A DNA stretch of 64,000 nucleotides from Lama guanicoe (Eukaryota): the NCBI GenBank assembly GCA_013239625.1, contig MU057344.1:9026727-9090726 (forward strand). Direction: 5' to 3'. Position numbers and translations under genes: made by a program. Positions 36,901 to 48,768 of this stretch are shown in pieces (positions within the stretch are counted from its first letter, which is position 1; every line of letters starts with the position of its first letter). Below the pieces are notes generated by a model that saw only the letters and a list, made by a program, of their open reading frames with translations, searched no databases and was not told the DNA's origin.

Positions 36901-39900
36901 CGCAGAGCTTCCCGAAATTTAGGCCATTATCAAAATGGAAGTTGAACAGTGTGCTGTTTTGTCACTTTTGACTCAATTCCAATAGTTTTATTTTGTTTAT
37001 GATGTTTTCAAACAAAAGGTAAGGCGTAGTCACACAGAAGGCAAGGAATAATTTCTGGGAGGAAAATAGTTTGATTCGATATATCATGTTTCCAGCTGGC
37101 GCTCTACACGTTGTTGTTTGTTTTTTTTAAAGAAGAATTTTAATACGAATTCGTGAATTTTTCGGAGAGCCGAGTTTGAATATATGCCAAGGCGCGGTAT
37201 GGTTGTTTCTTATTAATGTAACCCCCACCCCCCTCCTTATTTTGCCCGCCTTAGGTGTTACATAAATTTTTGTATCCATCTGGACTTAGGCTGCCATCCT
37301 TTACTCAGAACATTGCAAAGTGAATTGGAGTCATACTGTATATAAAATCATAATGTAAACTTGATTTTGGAAAAACATGAAAGTAATATTTTAAAATGTA
37401 GGCAAGAAGTCCATTCTGATTTTTCTGTTACATGTTCTTTGTGTTTCACAGTGTAATGCAAGTGCAGCTAACCCATCCAAGGGACTTTGTTGGAGCCTTT
37501 TACTAAACACATGTTCTCTGTTTATCTAATGTGATTTTTGTCACAGTTTTAGGACATAAAATATTTTGATCTTGAGTCAGTTAGATGATCACGGTGTAGA
37601 AATTTGCCAGGTGTTTTTTGTTTGTTTTTTGTTGTTGTTGACTGTTTTAACAGGGTATTGAGATTTTTGTTGATATTAGGCTTAGAGCATAATTGTTTGC
37701 TAACTCTTCACATAATTCAGATTGTTCCCCTATTTAGCGTTCTTTTGTTTGTAACTAATGTCACCAGCCTTTCCAGGTAAGTTGTGTTTTGCAGGGGCTG
37801 GACTTTGGTGGGGGAGAGGGAATCTTGACTCTGCTACCGAGCATAACTAACTCACGTATTTAATGTGTGTGCATAGCTTAATAGCAAATTCATGCTAAGG
37901 CTTTCCTCTGTTCAGCATATTTTGGTGTGCATGTTTGAAACATTCCATTACTGTAAGTTTTCTATTTATCCCTTAATTGTTTTTCTTTTTGGATGTGGAG
38001 GAAAAAACTGAAAGTAAACTTTTTGCTTTATTAGTGATAGGTGAACTTACACATCTTCCTGTTTATACCTGCCCGTATTGCTGAATTTTGACATTAAGTA
38101 GTTCATATTTCTTGTTATCCTTTTATTCCTATTATTTATAACTACTCTGAGCTGAGTATAACCCACTGAATCTTAAGTTTTAATTAAAGTGCTTGCATGA
38201 AACTCACTCTTCAGCTTGACAGTCTGTTTTTCTGTTTTGAACAGCTTACTGGTAAAGAGGCCTGTTTGCTCTTTATGGTCTTAAGTTTGGAGGGTTTAAA
38301 TAGTCCAGCCGTTTTGTTTTTAAGTCAGATACTCTATAAAAACTAAGTTAGCTTACAAAGACTTGAAATGGAGAATTTTTTTATATTAATTTGGTTCTGT
38401 TTAGGTCCTAAGTGTGATCTCAGACATTTAAATATATTTTCAGGCAGTGATGTCAGAGAATAAATCAAGATAAGTTTCATTCGGTAGCAATGTTAACTTA
38501 GTATTTCTGAAAGCCAGATGTTGAAGACATTCAGCTGGCAGGTAGTAGACAGGCAGTGGCCCTAACTTCATTTCGGCTGGGAGGCAGGCGGAGAGAAACA
38601 AAGGGCTGAATTCCTCACAGTTCTAGGGCTCTGCTCCTTTGCATGACAGCTGCCGTGCCTACAGCTGTGCATTGCATGTGGTGCCTTTAGAAGTCATCAG
38701 ATCGCTGGTGGATCATGAGGCGTGTTGTGGGCAGTGAAAAGCCCTGATTCCTTTACATACAGAGCAGCCCCTTCTCCTCTCTCTCCCTCTCCCTCTCTAT
38801 CTCTGTCTCTGTCTGTCTCTTATTCATTCATTGAACTGATGTCTGTTAAGCCCCTGCTGTGTGCCAGGCACTCTGCTAGGTCATACCAGGCGGGCAATGG
38901 TGAGCAGAAAAGCAGCCGTGACTTTTTCTCCCGGCGCCTGTGGTCTAGCGGGGGAGACAGGCGATAGCTACATCAGTAAATTGCCAATCATGGAACAGGC
39001 CCTCAGTAAATATTTGTTGATTGACGAACAAAGACGCACACAAACCTGTGAAGAAGGAAGAGAACACACGGCTGTGACCAGGGAGCATGCAGTTTTGCCA
39101 GGGGCCAACGGTGTACATATGTTACGCATTTCAAACTAGAATTTTGGTGTCTCACCTTTGTAATTCAGCCTAACTTCTTAACGTGTCTGAGCAGCCCCTA
39201 TAATGAGGTTGAACGTGAGAAGTTGCTTGGATGGACAGATGAAACTTTTCAGATAGAGAGGAAGGGAGGGTTTTCAGTGTTGGGTGTTTCAAGTAATTCT
39301 CATTTGAACCATGGGAAGATTAGAACCTGTGAAGTAACATAGAAAGGCCAAATTTAGAAGCATTTATCATCTTTATTTCTGTTCCTTGTTTGTGAGAAAT
39401 GAGGGATTGAATTTGCTCATTAGCAGTAAGTGACTGTTGGCAAGTGTTCTTTTAAAACACAGACTTTTAATAGCGAAATGTGTTGCCCTGCTCTCTTGGC
39501 TACGTAGGAGCCTCACCTGAAGTTCTTTTACTCTAAAGAAATAGCAGTGTCTGGATACATGTGTGCTTAGTGGAAGGAATAAAAGGTGTGGGGCCCTTGG
39601 GTTTTTACTAGGTGTGTCACTGGGCAGATCATGTCACTTTTCTGGGGTGCCGTTTCCATAGCCGAAAAACCAGGTGTCATAACACAGAATGGCCCTTGTG
39701 CTACCTAACCTCGCAGACTTGCTGTCAAGAGCGGATGAGATCATGAAAAGGAACAGCTCTGCAGCATGCAGGTCCCTGGTACCTGTAAGTGCCACCGACA
39801 GAATGTGGCTGACAGTGACTTGCACGGGTCTTGCAGAGGAGCTGCCGGGTTTGTGCATCACTTAGTTGTTGGTTTTCATGGGGCAGCTGTGAAAGGTATG

Positions 39901-42900
39901 CGGTGGTCTGTCCCTCTCCCTTCCCGTGCAGAGCCTCACTCCAGGCTGATTCACCCTTATATTAGGCCTGCTTCTAACCTGTTGACTTTCCTATCCCATA
40001 GCACATTAGAAGGAGGAAATTAGGAGAGTTATTTATAGCAGCAAGTAGTTTTACAGCTGATAGCTAGACAGTTGAGAGACAGAAAGTTTATAACAAAACC
40101 CGTAATGAACTATGAAGAGCACAGTTCCTTGAGATCACTTAACAGGTTCAGATAATCTTTGATTAAAAACTGTAAATAGTCCCAGAAGATCAAATGAACT
40201 AGATCTTAGTATTTATCTAAGTGACTTTCAGTCACCACAGAACAGTTAAATTATAATCCACTAAAAAAGCAAATATATCATCTATTTCTGCAAATAAAGT
40301 TGTTCATATTAAAAACCTAGGTTTGTGGAGAACACAGAATATTAAAGTTGCACCTTTTTGAAGTTCTTTCTTCTCTAAAGTTGACAAAGCCTGTAGAAAT
40401 TTACGGTCCATTTGTGGTGGGGTGGGGAGTGGGGTGGGTAAGAGATCCACATGCAAAATAAGTTAGTCTCAGGCATTTTAAGAAAAAAAACAAGAAGCGC
40501 TAAAGTAATGGTGCAGGCAGTAGGACTGTTGATGCTGAGAGCGGGAGAGGGACTCTGCACTGGGATGCCTGCGAGTCTTTATTTAGAAAGGGTGGCAGGA
40601 TGGGGGCATTTAGAACCTGGAGAGGGGCAGGGAGGACACGCAGAGGGCGCTTAGGGACACTCAGGTCCAAGAAGTTGTAAATGGGTGATGGTCCGTGCCG
40701 AACCCTCCCCCCCATTTAACAGGTGTTTGCTCTGTGTCAGACACGATTCCAGGTGCTGAAGTTACAGTTGAGAACTAAAACAATCCAGGTTCCTGTACTC
40801 ACGGAATTTACATTCTGGAAAGTGAGGGCACCACCAGCCAACAGGTGAACAAGACAGGTCTTGAATGCTAATAAAGTGTGTGTGTATATGTGTGTTGGTG
40901 GTGGTTAGGTTTGGTGTGATCGTCAGGGGTAGCCTTTCAGAGACTGTGACATGAATGACACCATCTCTGTCAAGTTCTCGGGGTGGAGAGCTCTAGGAAG
41001 GGGGTCCAAGCTGGGTGTTCTTTTAGCAATTTGGGAGATTTACTGTGGGGGTGGTGTGTAGAGAGAGCCACCTAGAAACCCGCATGAGTCTTTCTGTATA
41101 AAACTCAGTTCTGCAAATGGACACACTGGCCCCTCCTCTGCCAGCACTGCACTTAGCTGCTGGACTGGTAGGGGAGGTCAGAGAGGTGAATAAAACATCC
41201 AAGGAGGAGCTTACTGTCTGTTTTATGGCAGCTTAGTATGGGTCACGCATACTAGATGTTCTAGGTGATGTGTGTGCAGGCTCCAGGATAGGGAGGGCTT
41301 GACAGGAGCCCTGTGGGAAAGGAAGTGATGCTTTGTGGTCGAAAAGCAGAGCACAGTGGGGAGGACTCCTGCAAAGGATATTGAGGAGGAGGAGAAGGAG
41401 AAGGGAAGAGTTAGGGAAAGACAAACTCACAGGCACATGAGAGGTCACAGGACATTGCTGGACAACAGGTAGAACACAGAGATGCAGCAAGAGGCTCTGA
41501 TGAAGAAGCAAGCCCGTGGGCAGAGGTGAGCAACGCCCAGCCAGCCGGAAGAAGGAGCCCCGAGCAGTGCTGAGTGGTCTTGAGCCCCCTGTGGGTTTTC
41601 CTGCTGAGCCTCTGCTTCTGCGTGGTTGGTCTGTACCAGCTCCACGTGAGGCCGCAGACACCTAGGGAGGGTGATAGCTTGTCCAAGCTCTCTCTGCCAG
41701 TGTCAGAGTCAGAATTTGACCCAGGTTTTCCAAGCCTTTTCCTGTACATAGTATGCTGTTTTCTTGTCCACTTCTACATTCAGTGGGCAATTGCAGTAGA
41801 AGTGACAATGCTGGTTCCATTTAAAATTACAAGTAGAGAATACATTTAATAAAAGCAGAGAACTGGTAGGTTTCAGAGGAGTTTGATGTCTCAGCCTTCC
41901 CTAGCAGCCGACAGCTCTGTTTGATGCTCCTTGGCAAAGCTGAAGGGTAGAGGCCTGGCCGAATGATAGAGCCCTGGCCATGGTGCCTGAGGATGATGGC
42001 AGATGGGCCCTGAGCCTTCTGGGTGCCTGGTGGGCAGGTCCTGTGCCCACATACAGGGCATTCTTTATATTTCTTGCTGGCAGGTGCTGGAGCAGGGCGT
42101 GGAGCGATTAGAGGTGGCTACGATCCTGAGGAGATACGGCCCCAGCATTAGATGTTGTATGGCTTGCAAGCTTGTCACTTTGGGCCCAAGTGAGCAGGAT
42201 CCTGTTTGGTCCCCAGGGGAGCTCTTGCCTCTAGCTGAGTGATGCCTTTGCTGAGCACCGGTTGATAGTTAGAGATGGTTGCCTGTCAGGTTGATTCCTG
42301 CTGTTGTGGTGGTGGTCTAAGTTTAAAAGCTCAGTGCAGTTTTAATATCTTTTCAATAGTAAGAGTCAGGGAATTTTTAAAAAATTTTAATTCTGCTGCT
42401 GCTACTGAATTGCTTCAAATTTAGGTAAAGAAGTTGGTCAGTATTTTTGTGCCTTTGATTCTTGCTGTGTATAACCTTGTTCATACGGAAATTACGTGGA
42501 TTACTTAAAAATTTTCAAAGCATTTTGCAGATTTTGCAACTGTGTTTTAGTGGATGAATTTGCAAAAATCCTAATATGTGCCATGATTAAAAACTGCTTC
42601 AAACTTTATAATTGAATGTGTTGGGACATACACTGTGCTCTGAGGTTGCTATTCTGGTTCTTCTGTCCATGGTGGAAACTGGAAGATGAGACTTGCTAAT
42701 ACAGGGAAAAGGGGTTAATTATGATTAAGTTTTCTAAAAGGTAAAAAGACCCTTGATGTAGGGACTTCAAAATAGTTTTTGAAAATCCAGAGTAATTTAA
42801 AAGTAAAAAGAACAATTTGCTTTGCTTTCCCTAGATAAAAATACTAGGTTCTTTTTCTAAATTACAGACTCTTTATTATTTTTAAAATTCATTGAGTATT

Positions 42901-45900
42901 TCCTTTTCTTAGGCAGTTTTACTTTCCTGTTTATAGGTAGGCTGTTATGGCACCTGAATTTCATGTTCATAGTAGAATTACAGAGAGGAGAGTGTGTAAG
43001 TTTTATATTTGAAGTTGTCCCTAAAGAACTGAGGAATTGGATAGATACTCCAAGGATACCCTCATGCTGGTTAAAAATTAATAGACATTTCTCACATTGA
43101 ATGGTTGTGGGGGGAAGGGGGAGTTGCAGCTTCAGACAGGCTGGCACAGTGCTGTGTTGGCACTCAGAGCATCTGCTCCTACTCTGCATGCTGCCAAGGA
43201 CAGTTCTAAAGTGTGCTTTTATTAATGTTAGTAATTTGGTTGACATAGTTTAGGAAGCTGAATGATTTGGAGAAGCAGGAGTTATTTGAAAACATGACTG
43301 ATGTTTCTCAAAGTGAAAAAAATAAATACTGAAAGCAGCTGTTCATTACCACTCAGGTTAAACCAGCGTCAGACATTACAAGAGTTCTTGGCTGAACTCA
43401 TTCATTACGGTATACTTTGATATATTCATGATTTGACACTTAACTACTCATCATGTCATTATGTGATGAACTGCTGTTTTCTGTTGATGGTGGCAGTGAG
43501 CGCAGTTACTCGTTTCTTCAGCAGGTCTTCGTATACCTAGTGCTGTGCTTGGGGCTCCATATACCGCATGCAATCCTGCCAATAGTCCTGAGAGGTAGGG
43601 AGCACTCTCCTTTGTGGATGAGGATCCTGATGCTGGAGGGCTTCTGCGGTTTGCCCAGGTTCACCCAGCTGCTAAATTGTGTGGCTCTGCCTTGCCTAAA
43701 TCCAGCGTTTGTTTATAATGTTTCTAAGTACGACAGATATACTGAGTAAGTAGCAGTGTTTTATAAGGCTTTGCTAATTAGCCAAGATAAATTTTCATAC
43801 TCACTTTAGAATTGCCCACTTTAATCCTGTGTAATAAGATAGTGTGATTAAATGGAGTCTTTGTTATCGGAGAGCTAAGTTAGGTGAGAGCTCATAATGC
43901 CTTCAGTTATTTTTGCTTTGGGGTTTATGGGTTGAGTAGATCGATTGTAGGCCTTTGAGCACCTCAAATAAACAGTTTTTTCAAACATTAGATTTTCAGC
44001 CCTTTCTAGCTCTTGTCTGTTAAGTGTTTTTTTAATGACATATTTGTTGGTTTGGGCTTCCTATGAATATTTCATTTCTCTTAAGCTTTATATTATTTTT
44101 GAAATCAGCCTGGAAACCACGAGAACAGAGTGAGACGTTGCCTCGGCCTGACTCCCTCTGCAGTGCGGATGGCAGAGAGCTTGCATCTAGGGCTGTGGGC
44201 TTCTTTCATTTTGCTTTATTGTTGATTTCAAGACGCCGGTAGCTTTTAGCTTCCTTCTCTGCTCCAGTGTTCTTTTGTTGAGAATGACTGACTATTCCAC
44301 TGAATAAAAGATAATTTAAAAAGTTTTCTTAGGCTCAGTGTTACAGATCATGAACATATGTTAATTAACATACTTTCAAAATTAAATCTAGAAACTGATT
44401 TTAAGTGTAATTCTGATGTGTTTGTGGTATAATTAAAGTCATGCTTGTTAGATTCTTTCACTGTCTTAAGATATGACAGCAATAAAAGATACATATTTTT
44501 TAAATTTTGTTTTGTCAAAATGTTTTTTGGAGGGGTAGTTTTTTGGTTTTTTCCTGTTCCTTTAACAAGAGTTCATCGGAACTGTTTGAAGCAGTAGCTT
44601 CTTAAGAGGTTTTGTTTGCTGGTAAAGCCGTTCCTATTCTAGAGGCTTGAGTCACTTCTGAGGAAAAGCAGAAAAGGAAACAAGAACGAGAAAGGAGTTG
44701 CCCTGACCTGTCTGTGTGCGCTCCTGAGTTTTCCTCATGTGGGGCAGGGGTTGATCGTTGCGTTTATCCCACACTAGCATCTTCAGAATATGTGTGCGTG
44801 TATGAAAGCTTTAAAACTTCTTGGAGCTGTAATAAAATACAATCTGACCTCTTCTACCTAAACTTTTACTGAGAGTGCTTTATTCAGTTGCTCCTTAAAG
44901 GTTTAGTTAGGTCGTTAACACCCTCCCCTCTGCCTCACTCACACTGTAGGCTGGACAGACCATTGCTTAGGAATCTGTGCTTTCATTTTTCAGATTTCTG
45001 AAGCACTTTTCTTTCTGTCTTATCCTTCTCTCTCAAAATTAAGAGGAGGCAACTTTGTTTAAAAGGTTAAAACCTGACACATATATTAAGAAAAAGTCCT
45101 GAGGATTGTAAGGGACTAGAAAACTCTTGAGTGTTCTGAGGCATTTTTTTGTAGCTATTTATTTCCTCTTCCCATTTTTATGGTCATGATCCTGAAATTT
45201 AAAAGTATTTTTTGACAGAAATTTTCATTATTATTCAGTGGTAAACGTATAATTATTTTAATTGTTATATAGTAAATTTAATATGTTTTTAATATACAAA
45301 GAGTAGTTGAATAGTTTCAGAGAGGAGAGATTAATTCTAATAACAAAATAATGATATTATATGTGCATGGTGTTTAAAAATACCTGATTCTGAAGATTAT
45401 GACAGCCGGAATTCTTGCTAATTTTGATATTTTAAGAACTTTAAAGTTGATATGTTCTTATTAGTTTAATCGGTGTCTGAATGACCAAACGGAATTTACC
45501 CTTAATGAAAGAACTGTGTTTTACCCGTTACATAGAGTTGCAGAGGATTATCTTTGCTTTGGTTAAAAAGAAAAGCAGTAAGTGCTGCTTAGGCTAAAAT
45601 ACCCTCCTCCCCCTTATTTCTGTTACATCTTCAGTGATAAACAGTCTTTTCCTCTTGTACTTATAATCCTGCCTCTTGGTGCAGTCTTTTGTAGGTTTCC
45701 TGAGACACCACATGCCGCAAAAATGAAGGCAAACTGGTTTGTTCACCCTGGTTTAGAACCCCAAAACCGAATCATGCTCAGTGTTTGTGGTTGTAGGAGG
45801 CTGTAGGACAATTTAGAACCGGCAACACCGAAATTCCTATGCCTTTTGTTAATTTTCTACTGTTTGCATTCTCAGGTTCAGTTCTCATTCTCTTGCCAGT

Positions 45901-48074
45901 TTGAGGTGTAGAGTAAACCTCTCTGGTTCTGTTGGCTGTATTTTTTTTTAATCTGTGAGATTTTCAGAACCTGTTTCTCTGCAGTAAAGTGACTACTGGC
46001 TTGAAGCAGAAAGTCTTAGGTCTCTGTGAGGAGTGGGAGCATACTGCCCACCGCCTCCTCCCTTGGTCCCCTCTCCATAAACGTGTTGATGCCAGCATCA
46101 ATGGAAAGCAAGTCTCATGTTCATGTCTACTGGGTTCATGCTGCAGGCAGCAAGCATGGTGCTGGTTAGTTGTAGTTTTGATCTATGTCTGTTTACACAT
46201 AATGTATTGTAACATTTGTACTATTAACACTGGAGTTGAAATTAAAGTTTCCCTCTCACTGTCATCCAAAACAAGTAATAGAAAGGAGTAGCTATCAGTA
46301 GCCTCAATTTTGGCTGGATTTTTGAACAGGGGCTTTAAGATTCCAGATTTGCTTGTTTTTAAAAGTTTTATTAGCTGCTCAGTGTATTATCCAGAAAGTA
46401 TCTTTGATCATAGAAGTATTTGATAACAAGATCAAATTTGACTGTTAAGCATAATATCTATTTGTGGTTTTGATTCCATCAAAATTATAAATTCAGGCAT
46501 TCAGGCTGGAAAATAATGTAAATTACTGTCTGTATGCCAAAGCAAATTAAATTCATGGTGATCCTTAACTAACACTGTTTCTGATCCTCTTCAGTTTTAG
46601 AGAGGCAGGGTTCTCTAAATCTCACAATTGATTGTCAGAAAGTACATGGAACTGGTAAACTTTGTTTTCACAGAAAATGATTGTTATGCTCCCCCCAACT
46701 TCAGTTTCTCTGTTAAAGCTCATTAAGTATATTTACTCAGGCTTCACTGTTGCTTCTGTATTAAATACAACTGGATCAGTATTTTGTAAATAGATAACTT
46801 GCTTAAAACGAGCCTGATGTGAGTGTACGTTGGATGGAGGAGAGAAGGGAAAAATTGTTGGCCCAGTTATACCTTTGAGTGCTGGGAGATGTACAGGATG
46901 TGGACTTCATTGTGGCGTGCTGGAACTTAGCCTTGGAATTACAAGGCCAGGTTCAAACCCCAGCTCTACCAGTTAACAGTAGTGTGACTTTGGAGGGGTT
47001 ACTCTACATATATTGATCTTTGGTTTACTTGTCTGTAAAATGGGATAAGACCTACCTTGTAGGGTTACCATGAGCATTAAGTGAGAGCCTCATAGGAGCG
47101 GGTGTGGCATACCAACCTGGGTCTGTTGTAATTGGTGATTGCTGGCAAAATCAGCTGTGTGGTAATAACTCTGCCTGTTCTTGACTTATTGTGGCACTTC
47201 TGGATTAAAAAAAAAATGAACAGCTTCAGCATCTTCTAACGTGTTTTTTGAAGATCCTTATGTTTTGCTTTGGTGACATGGAGTGAATTAAGTAGATTGC
47301 AAATTAGGTGAGACAGCAGAGCTTTGGATCTGCAACTAGATACACATCAGGACACTAGAGGATTCCTCTGGTGTCGGGCATCTGCTTCTCTCTTAAAAGC
47401 TGTCTTGTTTCACTAGTTACGCAAACTAGGACACCTGTGGTTACACAGGTTGGTGGCTTGGATAACTCTTGGAGTCTGATGTGTTGCACGGGCAGAAGTA
47501 AATGTGTTTCACTGCTTGCTGCCCAAATGAAGGGTTTACTGTTTTCTTCCTGCTGTGTGTCTTAGGTTTATGTGGTCCAAACCACTCATAACTGTACTTG
47601 GTTATAACAAAATTTTATGCAGGTGACATTTTGGATGAAATTTGAATACATTTTCTTGGATATTATCAGACGGCCTTGAAGGTAACTGTGTGGGAGCTAT
47701 TTCAGTGCTGTATATGACAGATTAGGAAATCTGGATATGAAATCAGGGAAAAACAAAAGTTTGAAAGAGCTATTTTCTTAGGAGAAGTGACTGATTAAGT
47801 TGATGATATGTTTTATTTATTATGCACAATTATATATTGTACATCATTAAGTGTCCTGATTATCTGTGCAACATGTTTATCACGCAGTCTGAGGCACTGG
47901 GGCTTTCTTTTCAGGATCACGCAGGAGTACTGTCTGCGCATATTCACGTGAACTAGCAGCTTGACTGTATGGCATCACAGGTGGTCTCAGCCCCAGAAGT
48001 TGTGTTTATGGCTGTTCATGACTGTCTGGGGAGAGGAGCCTTAGGTGTTAGCTGATTTTCAAAGGGGTCTAAGG

Positions 48075-48105
<31 letters not shown>

Positions 48106-48253
48106 TTTTAAATCCCATTCTCTGCCCGCTACAGACCCAGAGGTTCTGCTGCAAATGGTCTGGGGCACATCCTGGGCCCCAGCATTTTTCTGGATGTTCT
48201 CCCAGGCAAGTCTACTTTACATGTTTTTCTCAGTGAACACGTTAGCCTTGAAA

Positions 48254-48604
48254 CATAGATGTGCAGGCTGTACTCCCAGGTGTGGGTGATGCGGGAATTC
48301 CACAGATTAACGTGGGCTCGGTAGGGCCCTGCGTCCTCCCAGGTCAGGCCGCTGATCTGCAGGGAGCGGCCTGGCCCCACCACACTCAAACGACCCCAGT
48401 ATGGCGTTTCCGCTTGGTAAAAGGCATCTGGCCCTCCAGCTTCTACCAGGGTTATCGTGGCTATAGCCCTGGGGACCGAACGACACATCCAGAGGATGCT
48501 CTCCACCTGCTGTTCATCCTGCAGCTGCAGGGGCAGAATGACAGACCCCCCTAGGGTCCCAGTTACCACCACGGGGGCTGAGTCCTCTCCGGAAGCCCCT
48601 GGTC
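48254..48604 (-). CDS. Uninterrupted SLAM-family IgV exon (351 nt, phase 1-1): GPGASGEDSAPVVVTGTLGGSVILPLQ...ESILW...YWGRLSVVGPGRSLQISGLTWEDAGPYRAHVNL...EYSLHIY; coding function unproven
   Basis: Resembles human LY9 domain 1 (ASGKDSAPTVVSGILGGSVTLPL...YLGRL...SLCISNLTLNDAGSYKAQIN...FTLFVY). Has the C-strand Trp and D-x-G-x-Y motif and lacks the B/F-strand cysteines, as SLAM V domains do. Preceded by acceptor cttctgttctgtgtctgcAG. No in-frame ATG or leader upstream. Confidence 0.85.
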
Positions 48605-48682
48605 CTGCAGACACAGAACAGAAGCTTCAGAAGCAGCTTATTACGTCGGAGGCTCACAGCAGGCCTGAGAGTCAGGGCAGTG

Positions 48683-48768
48683 ATTATTATTCCTATTTTG
48701 CAGGAGAGAAAACAGAGACCCACGGAATTTAGTTGCCTTGCTCAAGACCACACAGCTAGTTCATGATA
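48683..48768. mobile_element. MIR fragment carried inside the SLAM-like retro-insertion (parental intron sequence)
   Basis: attattattcctattttgcaggagagaaaacagagac...ttgctcaagaccacacagctagt is the MIR core and lies inside the TSD boundaries. Confidence 0.65.

Noticed and set aside
48129-48614. 161-aa ORF as a complete expressed SLAM gene
   Set aside because: The start is a GTG inside the splice acceptor, with an in-frame stop just upstream. I found no leader, IgC2, transmembrane or ITSM exons in the window.
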